In this document: positions 15,964-25,661 of the stretch, in pieces
Numbering within the stretch: the first letter of the stretch is position 1
Layout: each line of letters begins with the position of its first letter
NCBI GenBank assembly: GCA_965213685.1
Contig: CBDBZY010000046.1
Span: forward strand, 1 to 28,089
Source of the DNA: a bacterium
Lineage (GTDB): Bacteria > UBA8248
DNA length: 28,089 nt
Reading direction: 5' to 3'
Translations under genes and position numbers: made by a program
Notes under the pieces: generated by a model
The model's input: the letters and a program-made list of their open reading frames with translations, nothing else
What the model was told of the DNA's origin: nothing
The model's database searches: none

Positions 15964-17091
15964 ATGTACAGAAGACTGCAGCAGCTTGGAGCCGTTCTCT
16001 TCGTAACGGCGTTTCTGGGTTCCGCTGCGCAGGCCGCCTCGACCGTCAAACTTGGAGTGGCCGGCCCGCTCACCGGAGATCAGGCAGCGTTTGGCGAGAT
16101 GCTGAGAAACGGCGCGACGCTCGCCGTGGAGGAGTGGAACGGCAAGGGCGGCGTGAGCGTCGGCGGCAAGAAGATGAAGGTGGACATCCTGTGGGGCGAC
16201 GACCGCCACGATCCCAGAGAGGGCGTGTCGATCGCGCATAAGTTCGTGAACTCGGGCGCCGCCGGCATCGTCGGTCATTTCAACAGCTCGGTCTCGATTC
16301 CGGCGTCCACCGTGTATGCGGAGGCGGGCATCGTCCAGATCACGCCGGCGTCCACCAACCCGCAACTCACGGAGCAGGGCTTCAAGACGGTGTTCCGCGT
16401 CTGCGGGCGCGACGATCAGCAGGGACAGGTGGCGGCGAATTATATCGTGGACGCGCTGAAGGCCAAGCGGGTGGCCGTTCTTCACGACAAGACGACCTAC
16501 GGCCAGGGCCTGGCGGATGAAACGAAGCGCTTTTTGGAGAAAAGGGGCGTCAAGCCGGTCTTCTACAGCGGGGTCGTGCAAGGGGACAAGGACTACACGC
16601 CCGTCCTGACGGCCGCGAAACAGAAAAACCCCCAGGTGGTCTACTTTGGCGGCATCCACCCGGAGGCCATCCTCCTGGTGAAGCAGATGCGCGAGCGCCT
16701 CGGCATGAAGGCGATTTTCATGAGCGGCGACGGCATCTTCGTGGATGAATTCTACAAGATCGCCGGCAAGTCCGCCGAGGGCACCTACGTCACGTTTACG
16801 CCGGATCAGAAAAAAATCCCCGCAGCCCAGAGCATGATCAAGAGACATCGCAAACGCTTTGGCAAGGACGTGGGCGCATACACCATTTACAGCTACGTGG
16901 CCACGAACCTCATCCTGAATTCGATTCAATCCACGGGCACCACCCAGGGGGCCAAGCTGGCGGCCCACCTGCGGAGCAAGGCCTGGCAAACCTCTCTGGG
17001 GAAAATCCAGTTCAACCCCAAAGGAGACGTTCTGGAGAGTCCCTATGTGTTCTGGCAGGTGAAGGGGGCGAAATTCGTGCCGCTGAACTAG
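15964..17091 (+). CDS. livK: Branched-chain amino acid (HAAT family) ABC transporter substrate-binding protein, 375 aa
   Basis: Signal peptide ending AAQA; GVAGPLTG, VGHFNSSVSIPAS, ITPASTNP, FRVCGRDDQQG and HDKTTYGQGLA; RBS AAGGAG. LivJ vs LivK cannot be distinguished by eye. Confidence 0.9.
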   Translation: MYRRLQQLGAVLFVTAFLGSAAQAASTVKLGVAGPLTGDQAAFGEMLRNGATLAVEEWNGKGGVSVGGKKMKVDILWGDDRHDPREGVSIAHKFVNSGAAGIVGHFNSSVSIPASTVYAEAGIVQITPASTNPQLTEQGFKTVFRVCGRDDQQGQVAANYIVDALKAKRVAVLHDKTTYGQGLADETKRFLEKRGVKPVFYSGVVQGDKDYTPVLTAAKQKNPQVVYFGGIHPEAILLVKQMRERLGMKAIFMSGDGIFVDEFYKIAGKSAEGTYVTFTPDQKKIPAAQSMIKRHRKRFGKDVGAYTIYSYVATNLILNSIQSTGTTQGAKLAAHLRSKAWQTSLGKIQFNPKGDVLESPYVFWQVKGAKFVPLN

Positions 17092-17126
17092 AGAGGAACG
17101 TTGTTATCGTGATGAATCACGGGGAG

Positions 17127-17155
17127 GGGAGGCGAAAGCCTCCCTTTTCTTTTTT
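17127..17155 (+). terminator. Rho-independent terminator between livK and livH
   Basis: Hairpin GGGAGGC-GAAA-GCCTCCC followed by TTTTCTTTTTT. Confidence 0.85.
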
Positions 17156-17182
17156 GTTTCCTGATCATTTGAAGATTCTCCC

Positions 17183-18088
17183 ATGTTTGCGCAACAGCTG
17201 GTGAATGGCCTCGTCGTGGGCGCCGTGTATGCGCTGATCGCCCTGGGCTACACGCTCGTCTACGGAATCTTGCAGTTGATCAATTTCGCCCACGGCGAAA
17301 TCTATATGATAGGCGCCTACGTGGGCATCGCCGTCTTGGCCGTCCTGGGAAGCATGGGCCTCACGCAGGGCAGCCTGGCGCTGAGCATCCTTCTCGTTTT
17401 CCTCATCCCGATGATCTATTGCGCCGCATACGGAGTGACGCTCGAGCGCGTGGCCTATCGCCCCCTTCGCAACGCGCCGAGGCTCTCCCCGCTCATCAGC
17501 GCGATCGGCATGAGCATCTTTTTGCAGAACTACGTGCAGGTCGTCCAGGGAGCGCGCGACAAGGCGTTTCCCAATTTATTGGAATTGGGGAGTTTCCAGC
17601 TCTTCGGCGCCTACGTGAACGGCCTCCAGGTTTTCATTCTGCTCCTCGCCCTGGGGCTGATGGTGGCCCTCCAGCTGTTCATCAAGAAGACGAGGCTGGG
17701 CAAGGCCATGCGCGCCACGGCCCAGGACAGGACGATGGCCTCCCTCGTCGGGGTGAACGTGAACCGGGTGATCGCGGCGACGTTCGCCATCGGCTCCGTT
17801 CTGGCCGCCGTCGCCGGCGTGATGGTGGGGATGTACTACGGGCTGGTGAACCACCACATCGGCTTCTTGGCGGGGATCAAGGCGTTCACCGCCGCCGTCC
17901 TGGGGGGCATCGGCAACGTGACGGGAGCGCTGCTGGGCGGTTTTCTGCTGGCGCTGCTGGAGAGTTTCTGGGCGGGATACGTGTCCGCCGTGTACAAGGA
18001 TGTCTTCGCGTTCATGGTCCTGGTCGTCGTTCTCGTCTTTCGGCCCGAAGGCATTTTGGGCGGCTCCGGCCAGGCGGATCGAGCGTGA
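17183..18088 (+). CDS. livH: Branched-chain amino acid ABC permease LivH
   Basis: QQLVNGL..GAVYALIALGYTLVYGIL.LINFAHGEIYM, LISAIG, GKAMRATAQD and KAFTAAVLGGIG. Confidence 0.96.
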   Translation: MFAQQLVNGLVVGAVYALIALGYTLVYGILQLINFAHGEIYMIGAYVGIAVLAVLGSMGLTQGSLALSILLVFLIPMIYCAAYGVTLERVAYRPLRNAPRLSPLISAIGMSIFLQNYVQVVQGARDKAFPNLLELGSFQLFGAYVNGLQVFILLLALGLMVALQLFIKKTRLGKAMRATAQDRTMASLVGVNVNRVIAATFAIGSVLAAVAGVMVGMYYGLVNHHIGFLAGIKAFTAAVLGGIGNVTGALLGGFLLALLESFWAGYVSAVYKDVFAFMVLVVVLVFRPEGILGGSGQADRA

Positions 18089-19267
18089 GCGCATACGCCA
18101 GAATCCCCCTCCTCGGCCTGTGGTTCGCTTTTCTGGCGCTGCCCCTCGCGGGCTGGAAAAAACAGCCTCTGGATAGGCGCAGGCTGCGCCGCCGCCGTCC
18201 TGCTGGCGCGACTGGCGCGGGCCGGCGTGGAATCCGGCCCGCTGGCGGCTCCCGCCCGCCGCGTCCGGGCGGCGCTCTCCTCCGCCTGGGGTTTCATGGA
18301 GGAGAGATCCGCCGACAGGCGATACTGGTGCCTCTTCCTGTGCTGCCTGATCGCGCTGCCCTGGACGCTCGATCGCTACTCCACGGACGTGCTCGTCATC
18401 ACCGGCATCTACATCATGCTTGCCCTAGGGCTCAACGTGGTGGTCGGCTTCGCCGGCCTCCTGGATTTGGGCTACGTGGCCTTTTACGCCGTGGGAGCGT
18501 ATTGCTACGCGCTGCTGAACACATGGGCCGGACTTTCCTTCTGGCCCGCCCTGGGGCTGGGGGCCGCTTTCTCCGCGCTGTTCGGCATTCTGCTGGGAAT
18601 TCCCGTGCTGCGGTTGCGGGGGGATTATCTCGCGATAGTCACGCTCGGCTTCGGCGAGATCATCCGCCTCGTTTTGAACAACTGGGACAGCGTGACGAGG
18701 GGCCCGAATGGCATCTTGGGCATCGGACGCCCCTATCTGGGCGAGATGCGCCTGTATCAGCCCATGCACTTTTACTACCTCGTTCTCGGCTTGTGCGTTT
18801 TCACCATCTTCATCGTGAACCGGCTCGACAAGAGCCGCCTGGGCCGCGCCTGGGCGGCCATGCGCGAGGACGAGACGGTAGCCGAGTGCATGGGCATCAA
18901 CATCGTCTACACGAAGCTGTCCGCCTTCGCCTTCGGGGCTGCCTGGGCCGGATTCGGCGGCGTCGTTTTCGCCTCCAAGCAAACCTTCATCTCGCCGGAG
19001 AGTTTTACGTTTTTTGAGTCGGTGATCATCTTGTGCATGGTGGTGCTGGGCGGCATGGGGAGCCTGCCGGGCGTCATGCTCGGCGCGCTGATTCTCACTG
19101 TGCTGCCGGAGGCGCTGCGGGAGTTGACGCTTTTCCGCCCCATGCTCCTGGGCGCGGCCATGGTGCTCATGATGGCGCTCAAGCCCCAGGGGATCCTGCA
19201 GGCGAAGGCGCATCGCCATCACCCGGACGTCGCCGACCTCCTGAATCAGGCGGACCAGGGAAAATGA
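18085..19267 (+). CDS. livM: Branched-chain amino acid ABC permease LivM; +1 frameshift at the A-run ~18157-18162
   Basis: GTGA overlap with livH. The hydrophobic N-terminus (SAYARIPLLGLWFAFLALPLAGWK) continues in the +1 frame. GLNVVVGFAGLLDLGYVAFY, LRLRGDYLAIVTLGFGEIIR and SRLGRAW..MREDE. Confidence 0.93.
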
Positions 19268-20053
19268 CGGAGGCGCGCGCAAGGAGGGGGGGCGCTTTTG
19301 GAGTGCCGGGGGCTGACGCGGCGCTTCGGCGGCGTGGTGGCGCTGGACTCTTTCGACCTGCAGGTCCGGAGGGGCGAGGTGCTGGGCCTCATCGGCCCGA
19401 ACGGCGCCGGCAAGACGACGGCGTTCAACGTGGTGACGGGTCTGCTCTCGCCGACGGCGGGCGACGTCGTGTTCGACGGCCAGAGCATCGTCGGTCTCAA
19501 GCCGAGCGCCGTCGCGAGCCGAGGCGTTGCGCGCACCTTTCAGAACATTCGCATATTTCGCGGGATGACGGTGCTGGAAAACGTCCTGGTCGGGCGGCAC
19601 TCGAAGCTGCGCGCAGGCCCCGTAGGCGCGATGCTTCGCCTGCCCGGGATGGTGGAGGAGGAGCGTCAGGCGGTGCGGGACGCTCTGGCGTTGTTGCGGT
19701 TCACGGGCATCGAGGCCTACGCCTCGGCTATGGCGGAGACGCTTTCCTATGGGGATCAGAGGCGCCTGGAGATTGCGCGCGCCCTGGCGAGCGAGCCCGG
19801 CCTCCTGCTGCTCGATGAGCCGGCCGCCGGCATGAATCCGCGAGAGAAGGGCGTCTTGAATGAGTTGATACTGGCGATTCGCGGGCGCGGCGTCACCATC
19901 TTGCTGATTGAGCACGACATGAAGGTGGTGATGGGCATCTCCGACCGCGTGGTGGTTCTGGATCACGGCGAGAAGATCGCGGATGGCTCCCCCGCCGAGG
20001 TGCGGCGGGACCCCAAGGTGCTGGAGGCGTATCTGGGGGCTTCTCATGCTTGA
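19264..20053 (+). CDS. livG: Branched-chain amino acid ABC ATPase LivG; probable +1 frameshift in the G-run ~19286-19292
   Basis: GLIGPNGAGKTT, ARTFQNIR, LSYGDQRRLEIARAL, LLLDEPAAG, IEHDM and EAYLG. The ATGA overlap at 19264 is out of frame with the body; a TTG start at 19298 is the alternative. Confidence 0.92.
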
Positions 20054-20751
20054 ATTGCGGGGCGTTCATTTCTACTACGGGCACATTCACGCGCTCCAGG
20101 GCGTGTCCCTCGAGGTGGGCGCCGGACAGGTTGTTTGCCTCATCGGCAGCAACGGGGCGGGGAAATCCTCCACGCTGATGGCGATCTGCGGCGTCAACGC
20201 CATATCCGAGGGCGAGATATTGCTCGAGGGCGAGGCCATCCACGCCCGGGAGACGGATGAAATCGTGAGGCGCGGCATCTGCCAGGTGCCCGAGGGCAGG
20301 CGCATCTTCCCGCTTCTCAGCGTGCTGGAGAATCTGGAGATGGGCGCTTTTTTGCGCAATGACGCCGCTGGCGTAAAGAACGACCTCGACAATGTCTATT
20401 CCCTGTTTCCCGTTCTGTATGAGCGGCGCGCGCAAAGGGGCGGCACGCTCTCCGGAGGGGAGCAGCAGATGCTGGCCATCGCCCGGGCGCTGATGGCGAA
20501 GCCCAGGCTTCTCCTGCTCGATGAGCCCTCGCTCGGGCTCGCGCCCCGGATTGTCGAGACCATCTTCGAGGTTCTGGCGCGGATTCGCGACGAGGGAACG
20601 GGCATTTTTCTCGTGGAGCAAAACGCGCACCCTGGCGCTCGCCTTCTCGGATTGGGCGTATGTCATGGAGACCGGGCGCATCGTCATGGGCGACAGGCCG
20701 GAGATATTGCGGAACTCCCAGGCGGTTCGGGAGGCCTACCTGGGAGAGTGA
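20046..20751 (+). CDS. livF: Branched-chain amino acid ABC ATPase LivF; +1 frameshift at the C-run ~20630-20632
   Basis: GSNGAGKSS, VPEGRRIF, LSGGEQQMLAIARAL, DEPSLGLAP and VEQNA. The C-terminus LALAFSDWAYVMETG...VREAYLGE is in the +1 frame. Confidence 0.95.
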
Positions 20752-20757
20752 GGTGCC

Positions 20758-20786
20758 TTGCCCGCCGGGGCGCCAGCGACTACACT
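20758..20786 (+). promoter_or_regulatory. Putative sigma70 promoter for the NIPSNAP gene
   Basis: TTGCCC-17 nt-TACACT, immediately after the corrected livF stop. Confidence 0.5.
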
Positions 20787-20831
20787 GCCGGGCGTCCTCG
20801 CGTTTTTACTCCCTTGGAGAGGAGACTTCCG

Positions 20832-21446
20832 ATGTTATACGAAATGCGCATCTATACGCTGACGCCGGGCGGAGTGGCCGAGTTCGAGGAGAATTTCGCC
20901 CAGGTCATCGAGAAGAGAAACGAGCTATCCCCGATTGTGGGATTTTTTCATTCCGAGGTTGGGGACCTGAACCGCGTCATGCACATCTGGAGATACGAGA
21001 ATTCGGACCACCGCGCGGAGGTGCGCGCGAAGACGGTGTCCCTGGACTGGTGGCCGCCTCCCAGCGGGCATCTGATTCTCGATCAGGAGAGCAAAATCTT
21101 GTTGACCCCCTCGTTTCGGGAGGAGCCGCGCCAGGGAGCGCTGGGCAACGTGTATGAGTTCCGAACCTATACCGTCAAGCCCGGGAAGATGAACGAGGTG
21201 CTGAGCCGATGGACCGAACACATCGCGGCCAGGGAGGAGCTGTCCCCGCTGGCGGCGTGTTTTATGACCGAGATGGGCCCTTTGAACCAATGGATTCACG
21301 TCTGGGCGTATGACGACATGAACCATCGCGCCGAGATTCGCAAGAAAGCCCATGCGCTGCCGAACTGGCCGCCGGGCTCTCGTCCGTTCCTGGACAGGCA
21401 GAACGCGGAGATTTGGGTGCCCGCCTCCTTCTCGCCCATGCACTAG
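20832..21446 (+). CDS. Tandem two-domain NIPSNAP family protein, 204 aa
   Basis: Repeated YEMRIYTLTPG...GDLNRVMHIWRY and YEFRTYTVKPG...GPLNQWIHVWAY; ends PASFSPMH; has its own RBS (GGAGAGGAG). Confidence 0.9.
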   Translation: MLYEMRIYTLTPGGVAEFEENFAQVIEKRNELSPIVGFFHSEVGDLNRVMHIWRYENSDHRAEVRAKTVSLDWWPPPSGHLILDQESKILLTPSFREEPRQGALGNVYEFRTYTVKPGKMNEVLSRWTEHIAAREELSPLAACFMTEMGPLNQWIHVWAYDDMNHRAEIRKKAHALPNWPPGSRPFLDRQNAEIWVPASFSPMH

Positions 21447-21460
21447 GGGAATCGCTCCCC

Positions 21461-22271
21461 CTATCCCCTGGTGAACAGATGGATGAGGGCGAGGGCGCCC
21501 GCCCCCCAGCAGTAGAAGCTGAAGCGGGAGAGGTTGCCGCTCCGCACGACTCGGATGAGCCAGCCCAGGGCGATGGCCCCCACGACGGCCGAGGCGACGG
21601 CGCCGACCGCATAGGGGAGGAGGCTGGCGTCCAGGGCGCCCTCCCAATCCTTCGCCTTGAGCAGAAATGCGCCCGAAATGGCGGGGACGGAGAGCAGGAA
21701 GCTGAAGCGCGCGGCCTGTTCGCGCGTCACGCCCCGCGCGAGGGCGGCGGCGATGGTCGCCCCGGAGCGGGAGATGCCCGGAATGATGGCGAGCGCCTGA
21801 AACGCGCCGATGAACAGCGCGTCCTTCGCCGTCATCTCGCACGCGCCCCCGGCTCGCGCCCTGTTTGGCGGGGCGGATGAAGAACAGGATGGCGCCGGTG
21901 ACGAGCAGCGCGCAGGCGGCGAGCTTTGGCGAGGCGAACATCTCCTCGATGAGCGCATCCCCCAAAACGCCCGCGATTCCCGCGGGCACCGAGCCGAGCA
22001 TCAAAAGCCAGCCGGTTCTCGATGCGCCGTCGCCCGCCTCCTTGCCCACCAGGGAGGAGCACCAGGCGCGCGCGATGCGCCACAGGTCCGCGCCGTAGAA
22101 TATCAGGACGGCGGCCAGCGTGCCGACGTGCAGCAGAATGTCGAAGAGCAGCTCCGGCTCCCGGAGTCCGAGGATGCTCTGTCCGAGAACGAGGTGGCCC
22201 GAACTGCTGACCGGCAGGAATTCGGTGAGGCCTTGAATGATGCCCAGAATCAGGGCGTGTTCCCAAAGCAT
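21461..22271 (-). CDS. uppP: Undecaprenyl-diphosphate phosphatase (BacA/UppP); +1 frameshift at ~21840-21875
   Basis: GIIQGLTEFLPVSSSGHL and LHVGTL in one frame; IGAFQALAIIPGISRSGATI and AARFSFLLSVPAI in the next. Confidence 0.95.
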
Positions 22272-22293
22272 GTGGACGTTTCCGGGGCGCGGT

Positions 22294-23419
22294 TCACAGA
22301 AATTGGGGGTTCTCCCGCCGCAGGCTTTTGACCATCTCGCCGATTTGGTGCGCGCACTCGGCCGAGCAGATGAGCATGGCGTCTTCCGTCTCGACGACGA
22401 TGAGGTTCTGAACGCCGATGGCGGCGACGAACGGCTTGCCGGAGCGGACGATGAGGTTTCGGGAGTCCACGGATTTGGTCTCGCTCCCCCCGGGCAGCAT
22501 CCAGAGGCTGCCGGCCGCGTCGCGCGGCAGCGCGTCACGCAGGGCGGGCCAGGTGCCCAGGTCGCTCCAGCCGACCTCGGCCGGCAAGACGAGGAGGCCG
22601 CGCGCCTTCTCCATCACCGCGCAATCGATGCTGATGGACTCGCACTGCCCGAAGAATTTGGCGAAAGAGGCGGCGTCCCCTTTCTGGTATGCGGACGACG
22701 CCTCGCGCAGCGCAGCGCCCAGCCGGGGCCGATGCGCGTTGAGCTCATCGAGAACGCGGGTCGCCTTCAGGATGAAAATGCCGCTGTTCCAGAGGTATCT
22801 TCCCGAAATCCACATACTTCCGGGCCTGGGGGAGGGTCGGCTTCTCCCGAAACCCCTTGACGCGAAACGCCTCCGTCTCTCCCGGGAGGGCGAGGCGCCG
22901 GCCGCGTTCGATATAGCCGAATCCGGTCTCTGCGGAGCGGGGCGTCACCCCCAGGGTGACGATGGATTCCCGCTCGTCCGCCAGCCGCACCCCCGCTTTG
23001 ATGAGCCGCTGAAACGTTTTTGTCTCTGTCTCCCCGATGAAATGGTCGGCGGGCAGGGCGCACAGCAGCCCGCCCGGTGCCCGCGCTTCGATGAGGTGGG
23101 CCGCCAGGCCGAGGCATGGCGCCGTGTTCCTTCCCCACCGGCTCATAGACGACGTTGTCCCCGGGCACCCGGATGTTTTCGGAATAATTTCCTTGTGCGC
23201 CTCCGACGCCAGTATGAGCGTGCGCTCGGGGGGGACGACCCCCCTGATGCGCCTCAGCGTGAGTTCCAGCAGCGACGGCCCCGGGCTTTTTGCGGGATAG
23301 CCTCCGCCCGGGGGCAGAAATTGCTTGGGTCTCGATTTTCTGCTCACGGGCCAAAAGCGGGTTCCCGAGCCTCCGGCCATGATGACCGCCCACAGGGGGG
23401 GCGCGTTCCGTCTGGCCAC
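22294..23419 (-). CDS. manC: Mannose-1-phosphate guanylyltransferase, monofunctional (no cupin PMI domain); three frame breaks (~23180, ~23132, ~22810)
   Basis: VIMAGGSGTRFWPVSRKSRPKQFL, EPVG/RNTAP, PADH, TLGVTP..AETGFGYIE, FREKP, YLWNSGIF, SIDCAVMEK and WSDLGTW. Confidence 0.93.
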
Positions 23420-24006
23420 TAGATGATTCCCTTCAGGAGTAAAAATCCGCCCAGCAGGAGTACGATAAACGCAATGGTCAATACGTTAAAGTAGCGATCG
23501 ATAAAACCCCGGATGGGCGGGCCGAAGCGGTGGATGAGCGCGGCTTCGATGAAAAAGCGCGCCGAGCGGCTCAGGACGGATGCGAGGAGGAAAACGAGGA
23601 AGTTGATGTGGAACGCTCCCGCCGAGATGGTGAACACCTTGTAGGGAATGGGCGTGAATCCGGCGATGCCGACCGCCCAGGCGTCATAGGCCCGGTAGTA
23701 TTCCTGGACGATGTGGTATTTCTCCTTGACGCCGTAGAACGTGATGATGGGTTCGCCGATGCTCTGGAACAGATAGAGGCCGATGACATAGCCCAGCGCG
23801 CCTCCCAGGACGGAGGAGGCGGAGCACACGGCGGCATAGAGAAACGCCTTGTGCGGCCTGGAGAGGGACAGCGCCATGAGAAGCGGGTCGGGCGGTATGG
23901 GGAAGAATATGGATTCCGTGGCCGCCAGAACGGCGAGTGCCGGGACGCCGTAGCGGGAGTCCGCCCAGCTCAGCACCCAGTCGTAGAGTGCGCGGAGCCT
24001 ACGCAT
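23419..24006 (-). CDS. DedA/YqaA-family (VTT/SNARE-associated) membrane protein, 195 aa
   Basis: LYDW, ESIFFPIPPD, SVLGGALGY, AGFTPIPYKVFTISAG and SRSARFF. The ATG at 24006 overlaps the algC stop. Confidence 0.9.
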   Translation of the reverse strand: MRRLRALYDWVLSWADSRYGVPALAVLAATESIFFPIPPDPLLMALSLSRPHKAFLYAAVCSASSVLGGALGYVIGLYLFQSIGEPIITFYGVKEKYHIVQEYYRAYDAWAVGIAGFTPIPYKVFTISAGAFHINFLVFLLASVLSRSARFFIEAALIHRFGPPIRGFIDRYFNVLTIAFIVLLLGGFLLLKGII

Positions 24007-25385
24007 CTGGGAGGGAGGCGGAGGGGTATTTTCGGAGCTCCTCGTAGACTTCACGCTGATACGCTTTCAGGGAGGGTTCGTCGAGCGCCTCGAAGCGCAT
24101 GACGAGAACAGGCTGCGTGTTCGAGGCGCGGATCAGTCCCCAGCCCCTCTCGAAGTTGATGCGCGCGCCGTCGACCTCGATGGTTTCGTATCGACTGCGG
24201 AAATGGGCCTTGAGTTTTTCGACGATTTCGAATTTCTCCTCGTCCGGACAATCGGTTCGTATCTCGGGCGTGGAGACCGAAGCGGGTATGCGGGAGACGC
24301 GCTCGGCGAGCGTCCGCCGGGACGCGCAGAGCAGGTGCAACAGCCTGGCCGAGGTGTAGATGGCGTCGTCATAGCCGAGGTAGCCGTCCGCGAAAAAGAT
24401 GTGGCCGGAGAGTTCGCCGCCCAAGGGAGCCCGCTCCTCCGCAATCTTGGCGCGCAGAAGCGAGTGGCCCGTGGCACTCATCACGGGACGCCCGCCCATC
24501 TGTTTCACGGCGTCGGCAAGGCGTGAGGAGCACTTCACGTCGAACACGATGGCCTCCCCCGGCCTTTGCGCCAGGATGGGCGCTGCGAGCAGGATGAGGA
24601 GCTCGTCTCCCCAGATGATTCTGCCTGTGGCGTCCACCGCGCCGATGCGGTCGCCGTCGCCGTCCAGGCCGATTCCCGCCTCGGCGCCCGTTTCCCGGAC
24701 TTTCGCTATCAGGGGTTCGAGGTTTTCGGGGACCGTGGGGTCGGGGTGGTGATTCGGATAGGTGCCGTCGGGATCGGTGAACAGCTCCACCACCTCGGCG
24801 CCGATTTTTCTCAGCACCTGGAGCGCCACCGTGCCGCCGACGCCGTTGCCCGCATCCAGCACCACCTTGATGGGCCTGGCGAGCGTCAAACCCTCCGAGG
24901 CGCGCTCGACGTATTGCGGGCCGAATGTCGATTTCCTCGAATTCTCCCCGCGTCGCCGCCCGGTGAATCCGGCCCTCCCCGATGATTTTTCTGACCTCCT
25001 GAATTTCCTCCCCGTGAATCGCCTCGTGTCCCCGGGTGATCTTGAAGCCGTTGAATTCCGGCGGATTATGAGAGCCTGTGATTTGCACCGCCCCGGCCAC
25101 GTCGAGGTGATGCGTCGCGAAGGAAACCACCGGCGTGGGCACCATGCCGACCCCGATGACGCGACACCCCGAGGCGGTGAGCCCTCTCTGGAGAGCGTCA
25201 TAGAAAGCGGGGGAGGAGAGGCGGTTGTCCCGCCCGATGGCGACGGCGACCCCCTGCGCACCGCCGAGGTGCGTGCCGAGGGCACCTCCGATGGTTTCGA
25301 CGATCTCGGCGGTGAGGTCGCTCCCCACCACGCCCCGAACGTCATACTCCCGGAAGATGAGGGGGTTGATGGTGATGCTCGGCAC
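23999..25385 (-). CDS. algC: Phosphomannomutase/phosphoglucomutase (AlgC-type); +1 frameshift at ~24918-24922
   Basis: IFREYDVRG, ITGSHNP (phospho-Ser), NHHPDP, DGDGDR, GELSGH and RASNTQP; GTG start at 25385 with AGGAG RBS. Confidence 0.94.
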
Positions 25386-25434
25386 GCAAGGCTCCTGTCT
25401 CGGGTGGTCGTCCCCTTTTTCGCGAGGCGGGCGA

Positions 25435-25463
25435 ATTATTACACCCCCACCTCCGCCGGGCAA
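25435..25463 (-). promoter_or_regulatory. Putative sigma70 promoter (extended -10) for algC-dedA-manC-uppP
   Basis: Minus strand TTGCCC-17 nt-AATAAT, with TG one base upstream of the -10. Confidence 0.5.
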
Positions 25464-25661
25464 CCGCAGTTTTCCGCCCCCCGCCTGGTGTTTTCCTTCG
25501 CCATGAACGGGTATACTGACATTCCGTTCGTCTCCGCGCGCGCCATGCGCGCCTTCTGGGTGGTTCTTCTGTTAGGAAATGATGGAATTCGGCATCGGTT
25601 CTTCATCCATGCGGGACAGGAGGGTTTCGGGTTGTCCGGGTTGATCACGGGGACGGGGCCA

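Noticed and set aside
19983-21446. Apparent 487-aa LivF-NIPSNAP fusion in the ORF track
   Set aside because: It results from a +1 frameshift at ~20631. The true LivF C-terminus ends at 20751, and NIPSNAP has its own RBS and candidate promoter.
24762-25661. Long N-terminal extension of PlsC (525-aa ORF)
   Set aside because: It is antisense to algC and crosses the divergent promoter region. Acyltransferase similarity begins only near 25662.
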